DNA of 64,000 nucleotides, taken from NCBI GenBank assembly GCA_905235855.1, contig CAJONE010000005.1, positions 1,550 through 65,549 on the forward strand. The letters are read 5' to 3'. This document shows positions 55,801 through 61,659 of this stretch, piece after piece. The DNA comes from an uncultured Bacteroidales bacterium (GTDB lineage: Bacteria; Bacteroidota; Bacteroidia; Bacteroidales; P3). The stretch's first letter is position 1. Every line of letters starts with the position of its first letter. A program made the translations under genes and the position numbers. The notes under the pieces were generated by a model that did no database searches, was not told the origin of the DNA, and was given only the letters and a program-made list of their open reading frames with translations.

Positions 55801-56193
55801 AACAGCAGATCGAGTTTCCGCGCTTTCAGGTCTTGTTTCGGTTGCGACTGCTGCTCCGCTGGCTGCTTCGGTGTTGTCTGATTGTCCATTTCTTTTCTTT
55901 TTATAATATTCTACTATGTCTTTCTTTATATCCTCTTTCGTCCTCGGCTCGAACAAGGCAAGTCCTCCACTGTTCGCTTCAGCCTCCGCACTCTTGTTAT
56001 ATAACGTCAACACATCTCTAAAATTATCCACTCCGCTGCTCATCTCGTCGGCCATCAGCACCACAGCCGGCTCAAACCTGTCTTCTACCAGCCCTTCTAT
56101 CAGGTTGCCCTGTCGCTTGAACTCATCCCATTTCATCTTGCTCCGTCTGGCTTCGTACAGCAGGTCTATCGTCGTGTTTATCTCTTCTGTCAA
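46855..56193 (-). CDS. Giant (3112 codon) polyvalent-type multi-enzyme protein
   Basis: Single open frame. By-eye modules are a kinase-like domain (aa ~490-632), a YHGS ART-like module (aa ~655-900), HEYTH zincin (aa 1430-1434), HEGVAHH zincin (aa 2391-2397), two related ~135 aa modules (aa ~2095-2235 and ~2630-2765) and a second YHGS/PNQIKS ART-like module (aa ~2795-3030). TTG start. The last ~60 codons are an out-of-frame transposase remnant. Confidence 0.8.
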   Translation of the reverse strand: MTEEINTTIDLLYEARRSKMKWDEFKRQGNLIEGLVEDRFEPAVVLMADEMSSGVDNFRDVLTLYNKSAEAEANSGGLALFEPRTKEDIKKDIVEYYKKKRNGQSDNTEAASGAAVATETRPESAETRSAVQGTQEGDGGQRGNEADGDRRGAVAESREQRLQEERKQRILAEGTGYEKPFGLTPVSETMTPEEIGANVRRIVEGLKENEGSGAFEDFAYNGNYKKNAGHQVDEYLVSLSGVVPDETLRQWYESEGLKSRDDLRRLGEGLYGANVRSQKSEGETAKPTKEQKELTKGVVEVLKATGVPTHYVTKKGQEMLDKYRENVKLMSGGEMSERRKEREEQNRVIDEATAFVTGKSVAEARRKRLAREEKRREDAKEVYNIILSGEYNDVSLQEIRDFIDDVTPDNKYGRRLSERLPQEVERRMYERARENALDALFTRVSESTVRPNERTRPSGRRAIEAKKKELLERWAKATGNWHTDLTDFTDNTEPIGSGTDSDVYAAKDGTHVIKLSHGKPEGKRFRPDLDNIPLFNYVFPNSAYKIVGYGDFGKGFVRVLEQPIVNFSNSKPLTEQERVEYMAGLGFKPINKENSAFSNGEIIVADLQKSNIVRDAAGNISVIDADCKLHTKDVGGNYSYFPVEHDLPQSNLREMRAYHGSGADFEAFDHSHMGEGEGAQAYGYGTYVTEVEGIGRMYAESTSRGQLSKKITAANKDLLNALWDYEHANEEDKEQAKENYEKAEEKLTKLREEDKRRFNENDYDKILYTVEIPDDDGSNYFDYTNLPETERWNEIKERLMPIAKERYPKSDEVSIDKWLDREYLNAGEATNRQGGAVYHNIITAITGSDKAASEFLHSMGYVGIKYPAEYMSGGRSDGAKNYVVFDENNLKIVDKIRFHKAEGGEYVPEMKPVFYSNAMRAVEGIKQEKATAEQWKAMLTKNGGLKAGEDKWTGLSDWLNEQKGKSLTKQEVLDYIRENALQIEEVNYSESGLTALQQEYDELIKEHDGNWEGAWNEMIERYGDDFNMALDGTGGRIEINDGFEDYLESIDGYRYINSTRLEYTTEGLENRSEIALTVPTIEPWKESDEIHFGDAGEGRAVAWVRFGETTDKDGKRVLVIDEIQSNRHQEGREKGYRPKELQRLIKASQDAWDELQDYNDELEKKGIKHPLERSEDEWRKHEKLVKALNDAEEAQMEWERVNGRNAGDVPDAPFDKNWHEVCMKRMLRYAAENGYDKVAWTKGEQQAERYDLSKAVEKIDIQTVKRDGKDVKMVNLKFPERGQSAMYISEDGIISQANGLMENANGKHVSEVFGKSLAEKIMNTEWETIEGEGMHIGGEGMKGFYDQILPRFMDKYGKKWGVKTGEVELPNIGDNGLTMWSVDVTPEMKESVMEGQPMFFKTEDGEVLGYTLNGEIYIDPRVATPDTPIHEYTHLWAQGLRKANPTAWAQLTEEMKGVEDGRLWEYVRGRYPELKNEDELTDEVFAHYSGKRGRERLEADMREEMSKTHDVFEKAKVATMFHKLREILSKFWNMARDLFAGKVEGVENLTADDFADMVMGDLARGYNPRATEEKTLMGVHNISEEKLKKALKQGGFANPSMAVIDTKNGTLNVYGEISLIPKASLIDSRTGRNAGTYAGDAWTPTYPSITKMMTKQGEKHFDQIAKEAANGDKELERHLKQQLERFVDGDTHNLAFIFLKQKGYDPKKKMKRIDSTPEEYEAARKITGADNLSNVSFDDLTQEQKDELLKLIMGDIENEAKKATAGIADEEKRKKAEQLLIDAKRAKYVDEKGRMYFNATDNYLHGLQMDERRRNEPEVDWYGTDSDADYMVAKEGLAEEYYKWKETLFNDEDIDEKLFAGWTPSGNRRYVPNTVENASKLMNKNAEQNSYDQTGFGPTRAILLPRFKSLSDIRKHKELLNRGVIEDGDGKSQMEQRTEELSNELFDIVGQISDMKKIDSNPFINNDIAESRLQEALTKRDPIAYLNSEYGYDIAKDSDLASQLMNFIEDVKTLPAKYFETKFKRPVMLDEFEVAVVPDNVSEDVRQALEDAGLTVVSYEHGNEESRKNVTLETVRGKEGIMFQKVGGDENDNRTVNIVGAEKEHGFKDFKEARKWAKQNIVGEYENPEIGNVNISSTAVDKYLSEKAVSKSDNKDVHLSALKVMPSIIENSIVGEVHDDKKGDRHLKDVVRLYGGIDIDGQLYRVKTTVKRYNSENEKSKAYSYEITEIELLEGTHGDDNNGELPRSGNNSFSAAKLLNYPETAKNNSQEAESENDISVVTRIGEGPQVTYTPYDEALKRAKKAGYTKAQFDRHIERVWNQRKKTAERFAEKLNLGDRVNVVLDIDELEGMNLTDRQKRAKGWYDTKTGKIYVIMYNNTGMDDVFHTILHEGVAHHGLRELFGENFDTFLDDVYAHSTEDIRREIASLSKKYNWNVRTATEEYMAKMAETQNFEHPQYESWWRMVKDWFIRMVKKIGMGDWIGNHTITENELRFVLWRSWKNLTEPEGNWGYVRQAQDIAMQAELGVGEYADKAPYGRDWKVEKQREGMAAEDDITLRDGKTRAERQADIRAEEMEIERKAKADGTWKKAPNGKPSKLDDRQWKQVRTQAFKTMFGDWEKAAIAAYLLGDDVVARLTGNEFEKDDMPITKRVAEYYDTKYAGRVERAGVGTILLDERSVKDSISHGLGRTKAAAFAAVPEIISGGRIIDRQENWKGRGYGSVTFAAPVKIGEENHICIVVANEVTHSDGTHRFYLHEVALQKELQDEEFKTGIDTGSHLGDVAKILKDILSAKTNSSKVVDENGEPQVVYHGSRSGEQIRIFNTPSFFSNDRSTADMFKREADCILQVNGQKVAIDDISARQLAEFATDGDYEVDELYGWGNFADVIREKLEAGDHLDREILGDILEYVGIETPIDEIVSIGMERVPDVYECYVNMRNPLVIDFGGKTWGDAGTLEMEAEVHNAAKNGYDGVIVRNIREGGYAGELRDGSEPPLSTDYIPMSPNQIKSATENVGTFDPANDDIRFRDGEEDATEDAQTDESIEDQFRRGGMGMAERTTLVQLLQPTLHQRIRRTVQLKNKIIPQVPPWSQEYRFLFLQTLQYLRLNTGVCR
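46875..47021 (-). pseudogene. 3'-terminal remnant of an ISL3-like transposase gene
   Basis: The minus-strand frame +1 relative to the giant ORF translates to RRWFNYYNQRSTNASAEQFNSKIKSFRKSLRGVRNIGFFFFRLCNIYA*. This fits the TNxxxExxNxKIKxxxR...G(V/F)...F..R(L/I) C-terminal signature of ISL3-family transposases. That frame is closed by a stop ~11 codons upstream of RRWF. Confidence 0.55.
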
Positions 56194-56302
56194 CGCATAG
56201 TCTCCAAGCCTGCGGTTCTCTGCTATCTGCGGACATCATGTTTTGTCGTTAAGGCAATAAAACACGAGAGAATACGTTGTTTAAACAAACCGTTGCAACA
56301 AT

Positions 56303-57148
56303 ATGGCGTACAAAAACCACACACTTTCCGCTACTTTGCCAGACGACTATACACGTGTGTTTCTCATAGAGCTGAAAGCTGCCATCCGCGAGGGGTCGCC
56401 TTTCTTTGCCCGCTATGGGGGATACGGGATGGAGCCTCTTCTTCGAAATGGGTTGGAAAGAGTGTGCGTGGTGCAAATCGAACAGGGGCTTAAACCCCAA
56501 CGGTATGATATATTAGCGATTGAGAGAGAGTCGAAGTGTGTATTTCGCCGTTTTTTGTGCTGTAAGGGAGAAAAATTTGTGGTTATGGGAGACTCCTGCC
56601 GCAGTGAGGAACTGGTCGAACAGGCGGCGGTGTTAGGCCGTGTGAGCGAGGTGAAACGCGGTGACGGCAAGTCCCTAATGTGCGGTGGCGATGTATGGAT
56701 GAAGCACTCGGCCAAGTCTGTAAAAAAACGGCAACGGATAAACTGGCTAAAGAACCTTTTCAGTGGAAAACGGATGAAATATTGGGCTGCCGCCTACTTT
56801 GTGATTTTGCTGCTCTCGATGTGGATGCCGTTGGGCGGGTTGCCGCTGCCCGACAATTTTATTCTCGGCCTGCGACCCGACCATTTTTTTCACGCCTCGA
56901 TCTATTGTTTTTGCGCTTTTTTTCTGACTAAATTGATGGGCATGCGAAACGCATGCATGTTACCGCATTGTCTGACTGTTTGGCTTGGGAGTATGGCAAT
57001 CGGTGTTGTCACAGAATTCGGGCAGAAACTGCTGCCATATCGCTCGTTCGATATAAACGATTTGATTGCAAACGCTATCGGAGCCACGTTGGGGTGGCTT
57101 GCGGTTGAAATGTTGTGCAAAACGGACACTTCTATTGCAAAAACGTAA
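56303..57148 (+). CDS. Fusion of an S24/S26-peptidase-like beta-barrel (catalytic Ser replaced) with a VanZ-like membrane domain
   Basis: The N-terminal part has GYGMEPLLRNG, RYDILAI and VVMGDS (the S24/S26 pattern is GxSMxP). The C-terminal 4-TM domain with EFGQKLLPYRSFDINDLIANAIGATLG is VanZ-like. Confidence 0.55.
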   Translation: MAYKNHTLSATLPDDYTRVFLIELKAAIREGSPFFARYGGYGMEPLLRNGLERVCVVQIEQGLKPQRYDILAIERESKCVFRRFLCCKGEKFVVMGDSCRSEELVEQAAVLGRVSEVKRGDGKSLMCGGDVWMKHSAKSVKKRQRINWLKNLFSGKRMKYWAAAYFVILLLSMWMPLGGLPLPDNFILGLRPDHFFHASIYCFCAFFLTKLMGMRNACMLPHCLTVWLGSMAIGVVTEFGQKLLPYRSFDINDLIANAIGATLGWLAVEMLCKTDTSIAKT

Positions 57149-57189
57149 CGTACCCGCATAGGTCTATGTGAAAACCGAAAAGAAAAAGA

Positions 57190-58800
57190 ATGAGTATGCC
57201 TCCACTTACAACCGCCTCATGGCTCAACACGGCCATACAGACAGTCAACAGTCTGGTATGGAGTCCCGCTCTTGTGGTGCTTTGTCTTGCTGCAGCCCTC
57301 TATTTCTCCGTAAGGACCCGTTTTGTGCAGGTGAGGCGTTTTGGTGAGATGTGCAGGCTGCTGTTCAGTACCGATAAAAAACAGAAAACCGGAATCTCGT
57401 CGTTTCAGGCCTTCGCCATGGCATTGTCAGGGCGTGTTGGGACGGGCAACATTGTGGGAGTGGCTACCGCAATCGGATTTGGGGGTGCAGGGGCCATTGT
57501 GTGGATGTGGGTTATTGCATTCTTCGGGGCGGGAAGTGCCTTTGCGGAAGCCACGCTTGCCCAAATCTATAAAGAAAATCACCACGGCCAGTTTCGTGGC
57601 GGTCCGGCCTACTATATTGAAAAGGGATTGCACAGTCCGCTGTTCGGTTCGCTCTTTGCCATCATAGCAGCCCTGGCTTGCGGCTTCTTTATGCCACCGG
57701 TGCAGTGCAACGGAATTGCCATGTCGATGTCGCGAACATTCGATATAGAGGCGTGGGTTGTTGGTATTGGTGTGGCACTGCTTCTGGCACTTGTCATCAT
57801 AGGCGGAGTTAAGCGGATAGCCTATGTGGCACAGCTTGTGGCACCCGTTATGGCCGTAATATACGTGGTGCTTTCGGTAGTGGTGCTGGTCGTTCACTAC
57901 CAGGTTGTGCCGTCGGTGTTTGTCGAGATGTTGCGTGGTGCCGTCGGGGTGAGTCAGGTGGGTGCGGCGATACTTGGCAGCACCATAGCATGGGGAGTGA
58001 AACGCGGCATATACTCCAACGAAGCAGGGCAGGGCACAGGCCCCATAGTGGCTGCCGCTGCCAAGGTAAACCATCCCGTCAAGCAGGGTTTAGTTCAGGC
58101 CTTCTCTGTCTATATAGACACCCTGCTGGTGTGTACAGCCACGGCTATGATGATTCTGGCTTGCCACACCTATAACATCATTGACCATGTGCAGACTATG
58201 TCAGACGGAACGACACATGTTGCATATATGCACCAAAACCCTGAAGCGCCCGAAGGCGAACCTGGCGTGTTCTACACTTCCGCGGCTCTTGCTACCGTGA
58301 TTGGAACCAAAGCAGCGGATGTCATTATTTCGTTTGCGCTATTCTTTTTCGCTTTCACGACCATTATGGCATACTATTACTATGCCGAGACCAACTTGGT
58401 TTATCTCTTCAGCCGATTTCGCGGTCGCGCTCTCAAACGGCGCTGGGCAAAGATGAGCGAGGCCGAACGAGTGGCAGCGGAAGCGGCAATCGAAGAGTAT
58501 GACCGAACCTTTGGCGACGAACGAACCGAAAAGATTGCCATCTGGGTGTTGCGCATATTCACTCTTGCCGCCGTGGTGCTGGGTTCGGTTACCGGCAGCG
58601 GCATTGCGTGGACTCTCGGCGACATTGGCGTAGGCGCGATGGCGTGGATTAACATCGTAGCCATCCTGTTGTTGTCGCCTAAGGCACTGAACGCATTGAA
58701 AGAATACGAGAAATCGAGAAAGCAGGGTACGGAACCGCACTTCGACCCTAAAAAGCTGAATATTTCCAATGCAGACTATTGGGAGAAACAACAATCTTGA
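57190..58800 (+). CDS. Alanine/glycine:cation symporter (AGCS family)
   Basis: About 11 TM helices. Typical N-terminus (VWSPALVVLCLAAALYFSVRTRFVQVRRF) and GTGNIVGVATAI motif. Confidence 0.88.
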   Translation: MSMPPLTTASWLNTAIQTVNSLVWSPALVVLCLAAALYFSVRTRFVQVRRFGEMCRLLFSTDKKQKTGISSFQAFAMALSGRVGTGNIVGVATAIGFGGAGAIVWMWVIAFFGAGSAFAEATLAQIYKENHHGQFRGGPAYYIEKGLHSPLFGSLFAIIAALACGFFMPPVQCNGIAMSMSRTFDIEAWVVGIGVALLLALVIIGGVKRIAYVAQLVAPVMAVIYVVLSVVVLVVHYQVVPSVFVEMLRGAVGVSQVGAAILGSTIAWGVKRGIYSNEAGQGTGPIVAAAAKVNHPVKQGLVQAFSVYIDTLLVCTATAMMILACHTYNIIDHVQTMSDGTTHVAYMHQNPEAPEGEPGVFYTSAALATVIGTKAADVIISFALFFFAFTTIMAYYYYAETNLVYLFSRFRGRALKRRWAKMSEAERVAAEAAIEEYDRTFGDERTEKIAIWVLRIFTLAAVVLGSVTGSGIAWTLGDIGVGAMAWINIVAILLLSPKALNALKEYEKSRKQGTEPHFDPKKLNISNADYWEKQQS

Positions 58801-59458
58801 GCAAACTTTGTTTGCCCTTCGCGACGAGCAATATGCCGTTTTTTCGGCAAGGCTTATCCCGAACATTAGGCCAGAAACCATAATCGGCGTGAGGTCGCCT
58901 GATCTGCGGCGCATAGCAAGGGAATGCGGCTACAGTTTGAGCATATTCGGCAATCCACTTCTTCCGCACCGATGGCATGAGGAAAATATGCTTCACGCAT
59001 ACATAATATGCGGCATGAAGAATTTTGGCGTGGCTTTTGACCAAACAGAGCTTTTTTTGCCGTTCGTGACCAACTGGGCTGTGTGCGACTCGCTGTCGCC
59101 CAAAACCTTCGCCCGAAATGCTGAAAAATTGTCTGGCAGGATTGCCATCTGGTTGTCGTCGCCGCACGAGTACACTGTACGCTTTGGCATATCGATGCTT
59201 ATGCGGCACTTTCTCGACATCCGCTTCAGGCACGAATACCTGCAGTGGGTTGCTTCCATAGAACGCGACGAATACTATATCCGCATGATGCAAGCGTGGT
59301 ATTTCGCCACAGCCCTTGCCAAAAGATGGGATGAGACTATGGAATACCTGCGTTCTGATGCGCTTGGCGAATGGGTGCGACGCAAAAGCATACAGAAAGC
59401 CCTGGAAAGTTTTCGTATAGGCGACAGGCAGAAAGACACTCTCCGCTCATTGCGCTAA
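58769..59458 (+). CDS. DNA alkylation repair protein (AlkD-like HEAT-repeat)
   Basis: RLIPNIRPETIIGVRSPDLRRIA, NWAVCDS and WYFATALAK motifs, characteristic of the DNA_alkylation family. Confidence 0.72.
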   Translation: MQTIGRNNNLEQTLFALRDEQYAVFSARLIPNIRPETIIGVRSPDLRRIARECGYSLSIFGNPLLPHRWHEENMLHAYIICGMKNFGVAFDQTELFLPFVTNWAVCDSLSPKTFARNAEKLSGRIAIWLSSPHEYTVRFGISMLMRHFLDIRFRHEYLQWVASIERDEYYIRMMQAWYFATALAKRWDETMEYLRSDALGEWVRRKSIQKALESFRIGDRQKDTLRSLR

Positions 59459-59648
59459 TCGGGACTGCAATGTAGTGACAACACTTTGCCACAGTAATCG
59501 CCATATTTCGCAATCAAACATTTCGTAAAGACAAAAGTGTGCGGGAAACGAAATAATTTCGTATTTTCGTAATCGTCAAATAACGGCAGCCGACTTGGCA
59601 ATGTATTGATATGTTGAATGTTGGATGCATTTTATTTACTAGTTGCTT

Positions 59649-60251
59649 ATGAAAGTTAAAGTTCATCTCATTCTGACAGCTATTATTTTGGTGGCTGTCG
59701 GTGTTTTGTGTGTTAGCTATCCCGAAAAAAGCACACAGTCGCTCACATGGTTGCTCGGTGTCTTGATTTTGGCATCGGGCTGTTTCACAATCCTGTTCAG
59801 TCTCAAAGCCCAAAAGATTATTCCTAACGCAAGCTCGTCAACGCTGCTCGGAGTGTTCCAGATTATGCTGGGATCGCTATTTATCATAAGTACCTTTGGA
59901 GCGCTGAATACCAATGCTATAGGTGTGCTGTTTGCCACATGGGTGATGTATGAGGGGCTTTCGCTACTTATATCATCGTTTGGATACAAAAAAGCGCAGT
60001 ACGGCAACTGGTGGATTATGTTGCTCGTTGGCCTGCTTAACGTGGTTCTGGGCTACATTGCCCTGCTCAATGCAGAAGATGTCAGCAAGGTTCTGACCGT
60101 AATAGTCGGGCTGGGAATCGTGGCCGATGGCGTGATGCGCATTGTAGCGTTTATAGCCATAGCGCGAATAGAGAAACGCCTTAAGGAGGCCACCAGGTTT
60201 GACGAAGCTGAGGTGCTGGAAGAAAATGCTCCGGCAAATGGTGACAATTAA
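59649..60251 (+). CDS. HdeD/DUF308-family membrane protein
   Basis: Six hydrophobic helices with repeated G-x-x-x-I-(L/A)-x-G patterns. ATG at 59649 is preferred over TTG at 59643. Confidence 0.55.
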   Translation: MKVKVHLILTAIILVAVGVLCVSYPEKSTQSLTWLLGVLILASGCFTILFSLKAQKIIPNASSSTLLGVFQIMLGSLFIISTFGALNTNAIGVLFATWVMYEGLSLLISSFGYKKAQYGNWWIMLLVGLLNVVLGYIALLNAEDVSKVLTVIVGLGIVADGVMRIVAFIAIARIEKRLKEATRFDEAEVLEENAPANGDN

Positions 60252-60358
60252 TTTACCGACTGCAAAACAGTGGTGAAAAGGAGCCTTCACACATTAGTGA
60301 AAGGTTGCCTTGAATTTCACGGAATCATTAAATAATCAAACAAACATAACACTAAACA

Positions 60359-61306
60359 ATGAAAAAGATATTGATAGTGGGTGCAGGCGGACAGATAGGA
60401 TCCGAGCTCACCCGCGTATTGCGCGACACCTACGGCAACGACAATGTGGTTTGCAGTGACCTTCGTCCGCTCAAAGGCGACCCATACGAGCGTGGCCCCA
60501 TCGAGCGCATCGACTCCACGCAAATCATGCAGATAGCCACTGCGGTGAAAAACTACAACACCGACACTATCTACAATTTAGCGGCAATCCTCTCGGCTAC
60601 TGCCGAACTCAACCCGATGCTTGGCTGGAATGTGGGCATTTGCTCGCTGGTAAACTGTTTGGAGGTGGCCCGTCTGTTCGGCTGTGCGGTGTTCACACCA
60701 TCGTCGATAGGTGCATTTGGTCCTTCGACCCCTCACGACAACACGCCGCAGGACACCATTCAGCGACCCAACACCATTTACGGCGTCACCAAGGTCACCG
60801 GCGAGCTGCTTTCCGACTACTATTTCACCCGTTTCGGTGTGGACACCCGTTCGGTTCGTTTCCCTGGGTTGATAAGCCATCAGACACTGCCCGGCGGCGG
60901 CACCACCGACTACGCAGTCGAGATATACTATGCCGCCGTGAAAGGCGAGGATTTTGTTTGCCCGCTGAAACAGGGTACCTATATGGACATGATGTACATG
61001 CCAGATGCCCTGAAAGCCATGGTCGACATCATGGAGGCAGACCCCGCAAGACTGAAACACAGAAACAGTTTCAACGTGACCTCCATGAGTTTCGACCCCG
61101 AAATCATCTACAACGCAATAAAGAAACACTATCCCGGCTTCAAGATGACCTATCAGCCCGAACCCATCAAGCAGGCCATTGCCGACAGCTGGCCCAACAA
61201 AATGGATGACAGCTGTGCTCGCGAGGAGTGGGATTGGAGTCCGCAGTATGACCTCGCCCGCATGACTGACGATATGATACTGAACCTTAAGAAAAAGCTG
61301 CTCTGA
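60359..61306 (+). CDS. NAD-dependent epimerase/dehydratase family protein, L-threonine 3-dehydrogenase-like
   Basis: MKKILIVGAGGQIGSEL Rossmann motif and YGVTKVTGE (YxxxK). The overall sequence resembles SDR-type threonine dehydrogenases. Confidence 0.7.
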   Translation: MKKILIVGAGGQIGSELTRVLRDTYGNDNVVCSDLRPLKGDPYERGPIERIDSTQIMQIATAVKNYNTDTIYNLAAILSATAELNPMLGWNVGICSLVNCLEVARLFGCAVFTPSSIGAFGPSTPHDNTPQDTIQRPNTIYGVTKVTGELLSDYYFTRFGVDTRSVRFPGLISHQTLPGGGTTDYAVEIYYAAVKGEDFVCPLKQGTYMDMMYMPDALKAMVDIMEADPARLKHRNSFNVTSMSFDPEIIYNAIKKHYPGFKMTYQPEPIKQAIADSWPNKMDDSCAREEWDWSPQYDLARMTDDMILNLKKKLL

Positions 61307-61359
61307 TACTTACGCGGGATTTTACGGCCCACACAATCAGCCGTTCTCCCTAAATTTAG

Positions 61360-61367
61360 TATCTTTG
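61360..61367 (+). promoter_or_regulatory. Bacteroidetes -7 promoter box (TATCTTTG) for the oxidoreductase operon
   Basis: TAnnTTTG match 55 nt upstream of the ATG at 61422. Confidence 0.45.
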
Positions 61368-61421
61368 CAGTCTCACTTCAAAAACAAAGTACCTAAATAT
61401 TAATCACACAAATTTAAAACT

Positions 61422-61640
61422 ATGGCATTTAAAGGACAAATCGTAATCGACACCGAGCGTTGCAAGGGATGCGCAGTATGCCTCGCCGCATGCCCAATGC
61501 AGTGCATCGCTCTGTCGAAAAATGTAAACGGCAAGGGTTACAATTACACCGAGACCGTCAATGACAAATGCATCGGATGCGCCAGCTGCGCTATCGTCTG
61601 CCCGGACGGCGTTATCTCGGTTTACAAAATCAAGTGTTAA
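61422..61640 (+). CDS. 2-oxoacid:ferredoxin oxidoreductase delta subunit (2x[4Fe-4S] ferredoxin)
   Basis: Two CxxCxxCxxxCP motifs (CKGCAVCLAACP and CIGCASCAIVCP) in 72 aa. Confidence 0.85.
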   Translation: MAFKGQIVIDTERCKGCAVCLAACPMQCIALSKNVNGKGYNYTETVNDKCIGCASCAIVCPDGVISVYKIKC

Positions 61641-61659
61641 ACAGAAAAAAGAAAATACA

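Noticed and set aside
47857-55881. Many long plus-strand ORFs inside the giant gene (e.g. 51118-52266 at 382 aa, 51270-51995, 48593-49321, 54587-55264, 55264-55881)
   Set aside because: They are antisense shadows of the 3112-codon ORF. Their translations are Ser/Leu/Pro/Arg/Cys-rich low complexity with no motifs. They exist because the sense strand is rich in GAG/GAA/AAG/GAC codons, whose complements rarely give stops.
56279-56292. Possible direct repeats flanking the giant-gene island (TAAACAACC near 46422 versus TAAACAAACC near 56281)
   Set aside because: The match is short, imperfect and AT-rich, as expected by chance. It is not credible as a target-site duplication without comparative data.
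46397-57148. The idea that the giant gene is part of an intact prophage or ICE in this window
   Set aside because: No integrase, relaxase, coupling protein, capsid, terminase or conjugative-pilus genes are present on either side within the window. Only a ~150 bp transposase remnant was seen, so only a relic or orphan status can be claimed.
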